64,000 nt of DNA from Candidatus Gastranaerophilales bacterium (GTDB lineage: Bacteria > Cyanobacteriota > Vampirovibrionia > Gastranaerophilales > Gastranaerophilaceae), in the NCBI GenBank assembly GCA_944323875.1, contig CALUUH010000008.1, forward strand, positions 1,542-65,541, in the 5' to 3' direction. Under the pieces are notes generated by a model. It did not search any database. It was not told the DNA's origin and saw only the letters and a list, made by a program, of their open reading frames with translations. Positions 1 to 8,843 of the stretch are shown piece after piece (the stretch's first letter is position 1; the number at the start of each line of letters is the position of its first letter). The translations under genes were made by a program, and so were the position numbers.

Positions 1-2911
1 TAGCTGCCGGCGCGACTTCCGGAAGTTTATCTCTGTCAAATCCGAGTTTGTCGGTGTATTCAAAGATAGAGCCTTTTTTGCCCGGCTGGTTCCAGCTAAA
101 GTCAACTTTAAGGTCGTTTGCAACCATTTGTTTGTATTTGTCGTGGTCGTAGAAATACATTTTAAGTCCTTCAACCATTTTTGCATATACATCATCGGTA
201 CTTGGAGTTGACGCAAGGAAACCAGTTACGCCATCTGTAATTGTATCATGGAATCCGCCGACATCAGTTGCGATAACCGGAGTACCTTTTGCAAAACATT
301 CACCTTGAATCAATCCGCAAGGCTCGTAATCTGACGGGCCAGTAAAGAATGTGCAGGCTGACATAATTGCAGGGTTCGGAAGACTACCTTTCAACGCAAT
401 AGTACGGCCTATACGTGCTTTGTTTGATCCTATACTTGCATCTTTCAAGTTGTCAAGATATTGAAGCTGTCCAGCATCTTCAACAGGACCGCCGACAATA
501 ATTACAGGCATTGGCTTGCCGGGGAAAAGGTTATCCCAGTTGTCAAAAAGTCTTGTTACTGCTTCTGAGAAGTATTTCAATCCTTTCTGACCTGACATTC
601 TGTGTGCCCAGCCGATTACAGGTGCATTTGCAAAATCATCTTCTGATATATTCATATCAGCAGCATCCGGTTTTACAATTTCAGTGTCTGCCGGATAATT
701 TTTATCAATAATTAACGGTTTTATGAATGCATTATATACTCTGCGTTTGTTATACATACGTTTTTCCATAACTTCATCAATCGGGGTATTTTCATCGTAT
801 GTTTGTAAATTTAATGTTTCACCTTCCTTGCGGAATTTTACATAGTTACGGATATTAGTTGCTTCCATATCCAGTTTATTTTTATCTGAACCGTTGAGTA
901 TACCGCCTATAGTGCCGGTGTTTTGTCTGCGTTGCAGCAGTGACCATAATATACGTGATTGTCTTGGATCATCAATACATTCTTTAGCGTGATTTGGTGA
1001 TACAATTTCAAACCAGTCTGCAAGTGCTGCACCGTGGAATAAACTGTTGAATTGTTTATCACCTGTTCTGCGTTTCATAAGAATTGTATTGCATATATCT
1101 TCATTTTGCAGACCGCTGTGTCCGTGTTCTGCAAGAGCTTTTGCGTAGTGGTCATACAATGTGTTAATAACGTTTTCTGTTGTCTGGTTTTTAGCAGTCA
1201 AAGAGCCGTTACCTGAATTTGTATTACCCTGTTCGCCGAGGTTGTGTCCAATCATCAGCATCGGCATGTCTTTTAGAGCATACATAACCTCTTGTGAAAG
1301 TTCCTTATATGCGTATTCCATAGGTGCACGGTATCTGAACAGACCGGCAACAGAACCTGCGTGCCAATCATTTAATACAAATGAATTTGGAGCCTTCAAT
1401 TCATCAAATGCAGCTTTGTCAGCGATTTTGATATTTTCAACGCTGGTTAATTTGCTGCCAAGTGCTTCTGACACTTTGTATTTAGCAAGAGTGTAAACTG
1501 ATTTTGTAAACAGTGCAAATTTTTCGGTTTCTTCTGCAAACGGAGTTGAATCATATATTCCATCCCGGAAATAATCATTGTTTTTAACAAATATCAGAGT
1601 TTTTGTCTTATCTGATCCTGCAATAGGTTTTTGCGCACTGTAGTATTCAACTTTTTCCATTAGTTGTTTGCCGTTACGATAAGTCGGTATTGTAATTTCG
1701 GCCAGCTTTTTCAAATCGTATTTTTCTTTATCATATATATATTGATAATGAGACTCATCTTTTTTCGTGTCAGGATTGTATTCTCTAACTTCCTTGAATT
1801 CACTGAGTCCTTTTTTCAAATACATAGGTATAAAGGTTGGAGAATCTATTCCAAGCGTAGTAAAGTTATCCTGTAAATCTGACGGAACAACACCCAGACC
1901 GCCTTTTTTGATAGGTTCGTATTCTGATGTCATACCCCAGAGAGAAGTTAATTCCGGATATTTTTCTTTATAGTTTTTGATATCATTGATTGTAGCATCC
2001 GCTTTTCTGTCAAGACGCATTACAGCCGCATCATGGATAATATTAAATGCTTCTTTAGATTTTTTGAGGTCAATTTTCTTTTCCCAATCTCTTACAGACA
2101 TGAGTCTCAAATCGTAGAATGGTTCAAGGAACAAATTCATAATTTGCTTATCTCTTGCACCTGCCGCATCAACAGCATCACGGGAATTTTCAATTGCAAC
2201 GTTAATTCTGCTGTCATAAGCATTTGCAATATTTTTAGCTTCTTCGGCCATACCGTAAACAGAATTAGCCTTATTTAATGCTTCGGCTGGCTTTTCGATT
2301 ATGGAAGTAGCTGTTTCAGAGGCTTTAGATATTTCATCATCAGTGAAGCCCTGTTCTTTTATCTGCTCTTTGTTGTCTTTCAAAAATTCTGCAATACCTA
2401 CACCTGAGCCGATACCGAGTAAAGCTGTCGTAAGCAGAGATTGTTTAGATACAGGAATATTTTTGTTTGACTCATTATTTTTAGTTGCTGTTTTTATGGC
2501 TTCTTGAATTTTATCTTCCAAATCCAAATCTTTTATTTTTTTAGACAAAATATCTAACGAATCTTTAAGTTCATTCAACATTTTGCCATTTGCAGATTTA
2601 CCTTTTTTATAAACCAGAGGCAATCCGATTACAGAAGTAGCAAGGGCGACTGTACCGGTTGCTAATCCTCCGTATTTCTGTGCCAAATCGCTAAATTTAT
2701 TTGTTTTTTGTTCGTTTTGTTGAGGAGCCGAACTATTTACGAATTCATCTTTTTTCGGTTGTTCCTGCATTAACGGTTTAGTTCCTGCCTCTTCTTTAAG
2801 CTCTGTCTTAACTGTTGGTTGAGCCGGAATAAATTGCGGCGACTGGTAGTTAATTTTTGTCTGGCTAAAAGATGACAACAGATTTGTCTTAGGTTGAATT
2901 TCAATACTCAT
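1..2911 (-). CDS. glgA: Glycogen/starch synthase-like GT5 glycosyltransferase with a ~325-aa N-terminal extension. Partial: the 3' end lies beyond the left edge.
   Basis: Absent from the ORF track because it runs off the window. Manual minus-strand translation from the ATG at 2911 (MSIEIQPKTN...) stays open to position 1. GT5 motifs appear in order: IKKGGLGVV (codons 1912-1886), NDWHAG (~1372-1355), GHNLGEQG, GILNGSD, HRMSGQKG, PSDYEPCGLIQGE, TDVGGFHDTI. Confidence 0.8.
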   Translation of the reverse strand, partial: MSIEIQPKTNLLSSFSQTKINYQSPQFIPAQPTVKTELKEEAGTKPLMQEQPKKDEFVNSSAPQQNEQKTNKFSDLAQKYGGLATGTVALATSVIGLPLVYKKGKSANGKMLNELKDSLDILSKKIKDLDLEDKIQEAIKTATKNNESNKNIPVSKQSLLTTALLGIGSGVGIAEFLKDNKEQIKEQGFTDDEISKASETATSIIEKPAEALNKANSVYGMAEEAKNIANAYDSRINVAIENSRDAVDAAGARDKQIMNLFLEPFYDLRLMSVRDWEKKIDLKKSKEAFNIIHDAAVMRLDRKADATINDIKNYKEKYPELTSLWGMTSEYEPIKKGGLGVVPSDLQDNFTTLGIDSPTFIPMYLKKGLSEFKEVREYNPDTKKDESHYQYIYDKEKYDLKKLAEITIPTYRNGKQLMEKVEYYSAQKPIAGSDKTKTLIFVKNNDYFRDGIYDSTPFAEETEKFALFTKSVYTLAKYKVSEALGSKLTSVENIKIADKAAFDELKAPNSFVLNDWHAGSVAGLFRYRAPMEYAYKELSQEVMYALKDMPMLMIGHNLGEQGNTNSGNGSLTAKNQTTENVINTLYDHYAKALAEHGHSGLQNEDICNTILMKRRTGDKQFNSLFHGAALADWFEIVSPNHAKECIDDPRQSRILWSLLQRRQNTGTIGGILNGSDKNKLDMEATNIRNYVKFRKEGETLNLQTYDENTPIDEVMEKRMYNKRRVYNAFIKPLIIDKNYPADTEIVKPDAADMNISEDDFANAPVIGWAHRMSGQKGLKYFSEAVTRLFDNWDNLFPGKPMPVIIVGGPVEDAGQLQYLDNLKDASIGSNKARIGRTIALKGSLPNPAIMSACTFFTGPSDYEPCGLIQGECFAKGTPVIATDVGGFHDTITDGVTGFLASTPSTDDVYAKMVEGLKMYFYDHDKYKQMVANDLKVDFSWNQPGKKGSIFEYTDKLGFDRDKLPEVAPAA

Positions 2912-3162
2912 ACAAACACCTTTTTACTTAACTAATATTCCTACTATCTATAAAGCTAAAATCTGTGAAATTTATTTTTTGCTAGCCGCATAGAAATGCG
3001 AGCAAAGTTGTTACAAATCTTCACCCGAGATTAGTTTTGAGACCACCATTGAAATTAGCACGAACAAATCGTCTTGTCAAACGGAAAAGATCAGTCAGTC
3101 GGGCAATTTTTTAAAAAATTTATATTAATAATGAATAAGAAATATAAATTTTAAAAAAGTTA

Positions 3163-3191
3163 TTGACAATAAAAAATGTTCTTGCTATATT
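3163..3191 (+). promoter_or_regulatory. Sigma70-like promoter for tRNA-Lys(UUU)
   Basis: TTGACA (3163-3168), 17-nt spacer, TATATT (3186-3191), about 30 nt upstream of the tRNA 5' end. Confidence 0.6.
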
Positions 3192-3221
3192 AAAATCACT
3201 GACGAAATGAATAGCGAGTAA

Positions 3222-3294
3222 GCGCTTGTAGCTCAGCAGGTAGAGCACTCCCCTTTTAAGGGATAGGTCGCGCGTTCGAATCGCGCCAAGCGCA
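3222..3294 (+). tRNA. tRNA-Lys (anticodon UUU)
   Basis: Cloverleaf read by eye: acceptor GCGCTTG/CAAGCGC, D arm GCTC-AGCAGGTA-GAGC, anticodon loop CTTTTAA, T arm GCGCG-TTCGAAT-CGCGC, discriminator A. No encoded CCA. Confidence 0.9.
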
Positions 3295-3298
3295 AAAT

Positions 3299-3328
3299 AA
3301 AAGGAAGGTTTAACCTTCCTTTTATTTT
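3299..3328 (+). terminator. Rho-independent terminator after tRNA-Lys(UUU)
   Basis: Hairpin AAGGAAGG-tttaa-CCTTCCTT followed by TTATTTT. Confidence 0.7.
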
Positions 3329-3550
3329 GCTGTTTAGCTAAGATGAGAACGCCTCTTGCGTTCGGCAGATTTTGCGTAGTGCGCCGTGTGAGCGAAGCGA
3401 ACCCAGCGCGAAGTAGCGCGCAGCGAACGAACTGAATTTTTACAAAGTAAAAATAAAGTGAGTGACAGCGAAGCGTGAAGCAATAATCCAAGACAACCAG
3501 GTATTCCGCAAACACAGAAAGACCTGCCGTTTAATGCGAGCAGGGCAAGA

Positions 3551-3565
3551 CGAATCGCGCCAAGC
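3551..3565 (+). repeat. Second copy of the tRNA-Lys 3' end (att-like direct repeat)
   Basis: CGAATCGCGCCAAGC at 3551-3565 exactly matches tRNA positions 3277-3291. The ~255 bp between the copies is visibly more GC-rich than its surroundings. Confidence 0.6.
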
Positions 3566-3733
3566 ACATTTTTTAAATATACAGAGGGTTTGAATTTTGC
3601 AAAAAATAATTTTTCTCTGACTTAATACACCGTACAATAGGCTTAGGTTGGATTTTTCTGCGGTTTAAAATGTTTTGTGTATTTTGTGTATTTTTGATTA
3701 AAATTTATCAAGTTTTATTACCTGAATATTTAT

Positions 3734-3766
3734 AAAAAAAGAGTGCGACATATAACCTCGCACTCT
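3734..3766 (-). terminator. Rho-independent terminator of the 887-aa repeat-protein gene
   Basis: On the minus strand: AGAGTGCGA-loop-TCGCACTCT followed by a T7 run, 19 nt past the stop at 3785. Confidence 0.75.
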
Positions 3767-3784
3767 CGCTATATAAAAATGTAA

Positions 3785-6448
3785 TTACATATTCTCTTTT
3801 ATCAATGCCTTATATTTGTTCCGCAGTGCTTTTACAACAATTGGTACATTTTCGTTAAGGTCTTTGATTTCAGCTTTATTATAATCAGAACGTTCGTTGT
3901 CCTTGTTATTATTCAAGAGTTCCTGTAATTTTTGGTTGGAAATACCATATTCACCGCCGAGCTTTAACAGTTTGCCAAGTATCGGATCCATTACCGGACG
4001 TCCGAGTCCGAAGCCCCATTCGTTGTTTACGTATTCAAACAGCGGTTCATCAGGTGAAAGACGCTCAAAACCTTCAAGAACATCTACAATATTGCTTTCG
4101 TCTATCTTGCCAAGCATTTCTTCTGTCACATCATTGTCACTGTACCACTTCAACTGTTTGTACAAGTCGTCTGCCAGATCACAGCTTTTCAGGTTGCCGT
4201 TTGCATCCAATACGGTTTGATTGCCTTTGGATCCTTTGGTATATTGGACAACATTACCTTTGTCATCATAAACAGGTTTCAAGTCTTGGTTGCTGTTCAT
4301 TACGCTGAGTTCTGTGACTAGATCCAAATTGCCCGGTTCATATCTTTTAACAACGACATTTGAATAATTAGGATATGTAGTGGCAATAGATAAAACTTTT
4401 GTCGTGTCACCATTTTCATAAACAGTTGTTGTCGTGTATCCGTTTTTAAATGTTTCTAAAGAGTCAATTTTATTCAAATCTCCGTTTCTGTAATGGATTG
4501 TTTTAACTTTTTGTCCGTTTACGAATTCAGAACGCTCTGTTACCTGCGGTGTACGCATAAAGTCAACAGCATTAATTTTTTCACCGTCTTTCATTCTTTC
4601 TGCCATTGCTATATTTTTTTGTTCGTCATTCATGCATTTTACTTCACGGTAAAGCTGACCGTCTCTGTAACCTCTTTGAACTGCAATTTTAGCAGGATTT
4701 GTATCGTGGTATTCTTTTTCTTTAACGATAACACCATTTTCATATTCTCTGTCATAGTAACGTCTTGCTGTAAGTTGTTCACCTTCCATATTTACAGCAT
4801 CTTTCGGGTAAGCGGTTTCATGTTTTTTCAAACCGTTTTCATAAGTCATAACAACTTTTCTTCCTTTACTGTCAACAAAGGATAATTCATTGCCTTTGAC
4901 TGTGTATTTAATACCCTTTTCATCAAGCTGTTTTTTGCTTACATCAAGAGTAACTACTCTGCCGCCCTGCGGCGTTTCGACGCCATCTGCCGGCTGTGTG
5001 CCGCCTGCCGGTTGAGTGCCGCCTGCCGGTTGAGTGCCGCCTGCCGGTTGAGTGCCGCCCTGCGGTGTTTCGACACCATCTGCCGGCTGTGTACCGCCTG
5101 TACCGGACGCTGAACCTCCTGCTGATATATCTTTTTTCCATTCGGCTATTTCTTTTTCAGGATCTACGGTAAGTATAGCTTTTGTATCTTCATTGTATTG
5201 TAATTCCATAGGTACACGAATTTTCGCACCTACATCAAAAGCTTCTATTGTTTTATTTTTACCCTGATATGTCTTAATTAAATCTTTGTTCAGTTCTTTA
5301 AATGCATTAACCTGTTCTTCCGGTGCATCTTTACCTAACAAGCGTTCGGTAGTCATTTTTAAGTTTTCACCGTTTTTAACATACACAAATGTATTTCCGT
5401 CTTTATCATATTCAATTGTGTGAGTTTCGTCACCATCTTTAACGGTAGAGGTTTTGCCGTTTTCGTGCCATTTGGTTGTAATCACATATCCGTCGCGTTT
5501 TTCTTCTATTTCATCAGGAGCTATTTGACGGAATTCACTGACTTTACCGTCTACCCCTGTTGTTTTGCGGTATAAAAGAGCATCTGTTTTACCGCTTTCC
5601 TGATCGATTGTGTATTGGCTTTCGGTTTCTGCAATACCTTCTTTTAACAATACAGGGTTGTTTTTAATTGTTTGCGTCAAAGTGCCGTTTTCATCATCAA
5701 ATTGATTAGTTACAACAGTACTAATATCACTGCCGGCGGTTGATTCGACTATTTTAACCGGTCTTTTTTGTGCATCAAACTCTGTTACAACTTTAGTCCC
5801 CTGCGCTTCAACTGTTTGTTTTGTCAAATTATTTTCTTCGTCATATTCATAATTTGTTGTTTGAACATTGCCGTTGCTGCTGTAGGTTTCTTTCTCAGGC
5901 AGATTTGCTTCATTATACTGGACAATATATCCGTCATTGCCTGATTTTTCTGCGTATGATGCAATTTTTGATGTATCTCCGTCACGGTAGAAAGTGAATT
6001 TTTCTATTGTCTGGTCGCCGCTCTGAACAGTTTGCGCCTGATATTGAATTTTACCGTCACTTTTGTAATATTCTGTTGTGTTCTCATCAACCTTAGTCGG
6101 ATAAACTCCTTCTGAATCTGTTATTTGTGTTTCCAAAATATCATTTAACATTTTGACAGCCTGCTTAATTTCTTTTCTGCTGCCCTGTAATCCCATTTCC
6201 CTTGCTTCTCTTACTGATAGCTTTCCATTCTCGTTTTTGTCGAATTTCGTCATTAAATCCTGAATATCAGACGCGTAAACATAGTTGCCGTCTGATAAAC
6301 CTGCATTCTTGAAAAATTCGTAAACCTGCTTGTTTTCTTTAAGTTGAGAAAGCTGCATTCCCTTTTGACTGAATTTCTGATTAGAAATTGCACCCATTTT
6401 ACCTACTTCATCAACCATTTTTACCTGCCTTTCGTTATAGTAATACAC
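3785..6448 (-). CDS. Large repeat protein. It has an EF-hand-like Ca loop, many YD/MORN-like beta-hairpin repeats, a GGTQPA low-complexity tract and an unknown C-terminal domain.
   Basis: 887-aa ORF. DKNENGKLSVRE (6206-6241) fits the 12-residue EF-hand loop pattern. Recurrent Y-x-x-D/N-G-x motifs occur throughout (YYKSDGKIQY, YEYDEENNL, IEYDKDGNTF, VYENGDTTKV). No obvious signal peptide. The start is uncertain: alternative ATGs at 6418 and 6397. Confidence 0.7.
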   Translation of the reverse strand: MYYYNERQVKMVDEVGKMGAISNQKFSQKGMQLSQLKENKQVYEFFKNAGLSDGNYVYASDIQDLMTKFDKNENGKLSVREAREMGLQGSRKEIKQAVKMLNDILETQITDSEGVYPTKVDENTTEYYKSDGKIQYQAQTVQSGDQTIEKFTFYRDGDTSKIASYAEKSGNDGYIVQYNEANLPEKETYSSNGNVQTTNYEYDEENNLTKQTVEAQGTKVVTEFDAQKRPVKIVESTAGSDISTVVTNQFDDENGTLTQTIKNNPVLLKEGIAETESQYTIDQESGKTDALLYRKTTGVDGKVSEFRQIAPDEIEEKRDGYVITTKWHENGKTSTVKDGDETHTIEYDKDGNTFVYVKNGENLKMTTERLLGKDAPEEQVNAFKELNKDLIKTYQGKNKTIEAFDVGAKIRVPMELQYNEDTKAILTVDPEKEIAEWKKDISAGGSASGTGGTQPADGVETPQGGTQPAGGTQPAGGTQPAGGTQPADGVETPQGGRVVTLDVSKKQLDEKGIKYTVKGNELSFVDSKGRKVVMTYENGLKKHETAYPKDAVNMEGEQLTARRYYDREYENGVIVKEKEYHDTNPAKIAVQRGYRDGQLYREVKCMNDEQKNIAMAERMKDGEKINAVDFMRTPQVTERSEFVNGQKVKTIHYRNGDLNKIDSLETFKNGYTTTTVYENGDTTKVLSIATTYPNYSNVVVKRYEPGNLDLVTELSVMNSNQDLKPVYDDKGNVVQYTKGSKGNQTVLDANGNLKSCDLADDLYKQLKWYSDNDVTEEMLGKIDESNIVDVLEGFERLSPDEPLFEYVNNEWGFGLGRPVMDPILGKLLKLGGEYGISNQKLQELLNNNKDNERSDYNKAEIKDLNENVPIVVKALRNKYKALIKENM
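4961..5097. repeat. GC-rich nested tandem repeat inside the repeat-protein gene
   Basis: Three exact 18-bp units TGCCGGTTGAGTGCCGCC (5006-5059) are bracketed by two ~45-bp near-identical units (4961-5005 and 5053-5097). The block encodes GGTQPADGVETPQ-(GGTQPA)n-GGTQPADGVETPQGG. Confidence 0.9.
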
Positions 6449-6516
6449 ACTACAAATGAGTTAACGGACAGCATGGCTGATTACTTTAGGATAAAATACT
6501 AAAATTTAATATATTG

Positions 6517-7497
6517 TTACATTTCGATAAAATTCAGGCATTCCTGATAAGTTTCAAAAACCTTAACTCTGTCGGTTATACCGAGTACATCAGGCGTTAT
6601 ATTCAGTGTTGTTGTATTTTCTTTTATAAGACAGATGTTTATATTTCTTTTCAGAGATTCAAAAACAGGTATAGAGCCAACCGCATCATAAGGCATAACA
6701 AGAAAATCAAGATTATCAATCGAAATACCTTTTTTTTCTGTTGTCAACTTAGGAGCCTGAGTCAGCCCGAGTAAAATACATGGCAAAAATGTCGGCGTAA
6801 TATATTCTGATGCAGAACGCGGATCTACAAGTTTCGGACTGATGGTATAATCATCAAAAGCCGGAGAATGTGCGCACGGGACTTGCAATTCTTTAGATAT
6901 AAAATGTGAAATTATTGCCTCAACTCCTCCGACAGGGTCGACGCCTGTGCCGTTTGCGTAATCAGGATTATCATCTTCCGGATCTTCAAACATACCGACC
7001 AGAGCAAGTGCTTCTGCACCTTGTTGCAAAAGTTTCCTGCATGAATGCAGCAAAGTTTGCGGATTTTTTATTCCTCCTGTAGAAATTCCGTTTTCATCTA
7101 TAAAAAACTCAACTCCCAACTCCTGTTCCGTCACTTCATACCCGTATAAATCAATGTCATAAACGGTTTTTACGGCATTCATTGTATTGATATGTATATT
7201 CAAAACATCTTCCGGTATAGCTTTGTCAAATACTATACCTATTTTGTTGTTATCAGAGGGCAAAAGATTTATTTCACCTTTAAAAAAGCTGTCCAGAGAA
7301 TACCCTTCCACATAGAGCATATTTTGTGTAATTCCTGAAAATCCGCCTGCATTAACAACATTTGGATTAACAATAAGTTTTGCGGCTCTGGCAAACCTAC
7401 GCGCCTGGACGCTTGCATCACCGGCATACCCGCCGATTGATGCGCCGATTCCTGTCGGTACAATAAATGCCCCTAATTTTTCACCCGTATCTAACAT
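6517..7497 (-). CDS. DUF3326-family protein (conserved in cyanobacteria and plastid-bearing lineages)
   Basis: IVPTGIGASIGGYAGDA, YVEGYSLDSF and GVDPVGGVEAIISHF...PCAHSPA match my recollection of the DUF3326 signature blocks. Confidence 0.6.
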   Translation of the reverse strand: MLDTGEKLGAFIVPTGIGASIGGYAGDASVQARRFARAAKLIVNPNVVNAGGFSGITQNMLYVEGYSLDSFFKGEINLLPSDNNKIGIVFDKAIPEDVLNIHINTMNAVKTVYDIDLYGYEVTEQELGVEFFIDENGISTGGIKNPQTLLHSCRKLLQQGAEALALVGMFEDPEDDNPDYANGTGVDPVGGVEAIISHFISKELQVPCAHSPAFDDYTISPKLVDPRSASEYITPTFLPCILLGLTQAPKLTTEKKGISIDNLDFLVMPYDAVGSIPVFESLKRNINICLIKENTTTLNITPDVLGITDRVKVFETYQECLNFIEM

Positions 7498-7513
7498 AAA
7501 ATAATATTACAAC

Positions 7514-7539
7514 AAAAAAGCAGCCAACGCTGCTTTTTT
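7514..7539 (-). terminator. Terminator after the 129-aa coiled-coil gene
   Basis: A6-GCAGC-caac-GCTGC-T6. It reads as hairpin plus U-run on either strand. Confidence 0.6.
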
Positions 7540-7568
7540 GCTAACAAAGCTATTTAATTTTTCAAATA

Positions 7569-7958
7569 TTACTGTTGTTGTCCTCCGTATGCAAAGTCCT
7601 TCTTAACGTTTGTTTGTAATAACTTGGTCCATGAGCTTTCAAAGGCTGTGATTTCATTCAATTTCGTTTCGTAATTGTTCTTTTCAAGTTCAAGCTCAGA
7701 TTCCCAAGATTCTAAGTTAGCTAACTCCATTTCATGATCCTGATTTAAGATCTCTACCAGATCTGAATATGCTACAGGATCTTCTTCATAATATTCGTAA
7801 TAGTATGTTTGTAACTGTTCATTATAACGAGCCTGTTCTTCTGCATTTTTCTTTGTTGCGGAAGTCATGTTGAACATAACGTTTGTCAACTTCTCGTTAA
7901 GTAAAGCTTTTTGTTTTGAATACATCAACAATGTTTCTTGAATATTTGATATTGCCAT
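7569..7958 (-). CDS. Hypothetical coiled-coil protein
   Basis: 129-aa ORF, heptad-like E/L/N/K-rich, C-terminal GGQQQ. Divergent from clpP. Confidence 0.5.
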   Translation of the reverse strand: MAISNIQETLLMYSKQKALLNEKLTNVMFNMTSATKKNAEEQARYNEQLQTYYYEYYEEDPVAYSDLVEILNQDHEMELANLESWESELELEKNNYETKLNEITAFESSWTKLLQTNVKKDFAYGGQQQ

Positions 7959-8113
7959 TGCTCTGTCCTCTTGTTTTAACTCTCTTACTTATATAAACAA
8001 ATTTGAGAGAAACCGATTTCAGAATGTATTTAATTCGTTACAATTGTTAACATTTATTTTTATGTTATATTTATACTATAATATTAGATATAGATATCTG
8101 TTAGGAGAACACG

Positions 8114-8731
8114 ATGGATCAGGAAACTTATTTTAGAATTATGGGTTATGTACCTACAGTAATAGAGGCTTCTTCAAGAGGTGAACGCTCTTTCGACATT
8201 TTTTCAAGACTGTTGAGAGAAAGAATTATATTTTTAGGTTCAGAAATTGATGACGAAGTTGCGAATTCAATAGTTGCACAATTGCTTTTACTTGATAGTG
8301 AAAACAATGAAAAAGATATTATGCTTTATATAAACAGCCCTGGCGGTGTAATAACTGCAGGCATGGCGATATATGATACAATGAATTTAATTAAGTCTGA
8401 TGTTGCGACAATATGTCTTGGTGATGCAGCATCAATGGGAGCATTCCTCTTATGTTCAGGAACAAAAGGCAAAAGAATGGCTTTGCCGAATTCAAGAATA
8501 ATGATTCACCAGCCTCTTGGCGGCGCTAAAGGACAGGCAACAGATATCGAAATTGAAGCAAAAGAAATTCTTAGAATGAAACACATGCTCATTGATATCA
8601 TTGCAAAAAATTCCGGTCAGCCTTATGACAAAGTTAAAGAAGATTGTGAACGCGATCACTTCCTTTCAGCACAAGAAGCTTTGGAATACGGATTAATTGA
8701 TAAAATTGTAGAAAAGACAAATAAACAATAA
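8114..8731 (+). CDS. clpP: ATP-dependent Clp protease proteolytic subunit
   Basis: [21 protein letters not shown], catalytic-Ser context [11 protein letters not shown], His context IMIHQPLGG, Asp context ERDHF. RBS AGGAG upstream. Confidence 0.95.
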   Translation: MDQETYFRIMGYVPTVIEASSRGERSFDIFSRLLRERIIFLGSEIDDEVANSIVAQLLLLDSENNEKDIMLYINSPGGVITAGMAIYDTMNLIKSDVATICLGDAASMGAFLLCSGTKGKRMALPNSRIMIHQPLGGAKGQATDIEIEAKEILRMKHMLIDIIAKNSGQPYDKVKEDCERDHFLSAQEALEYGLIDKIVEKTNKQ

Positions 8732-8756
8732 AGTTACAAAAGTTTACAAAGTCTCG

Positions 8757-8791
8757 AAAAACATGCAATTCCGCGGAATTGCATGTTTTTA
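8757..8791 (+). terminator. clpP terminator
   Basis: ACATGCAATTCCG/CGGAATTGCATGT perfect hairpin followed by TTTTT. Confidence 0.8.
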
Positions 8792-8843
8792 TATTCATGT
8801 AAGGTTACAAAAAGGTTAGTTATTTTAAAGGTAGGAGTTAGAA

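Noticed and set aside
511-2507. Six + strand ORFs of 66-111 aa from the track (511..711, 1161..1496, 1664..1876, 1767..1973, 2033..2278, 2301..2507).
   Set aside because: All lie antisense to the long, motif-verified GT5 glycogen-synthase-like ORF on the minus strand. They are low-complexity with no RBS.
3295-3550. The GC-rich insert considered as a retron msr/msd, tmRNA or second tRNA.
   Set aside because: - There is no reverse transcriptase nearby.
- The second CGAATCGCGCCAAGC copy lacks a complementary T-stem 5' strand.
- No acceptor-stem partner is found.

It is kept only as an att-like scar finding.
3120-3637. Three overlapping minus-strand ORFs (131, 77 and 65 aa) across the tRNA-Lys(UUU) locus.
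   Set aside because: They run through the tRNA gene, its terminator and the GC-rich insert. Overlapping frames and the lack of an RBS make them artefacts of locally raised GC.
4054-5267. Track ORFs inside the 887-aa gene (4054..4308, 4493..4885, 4944..5141, 5052..5267, 3897..4220).
   Set aside because: They are antisense or alternative frames of the large ORF. The two over the GC-rich repeat are open only because the repeat lacks stop codons in several frames.
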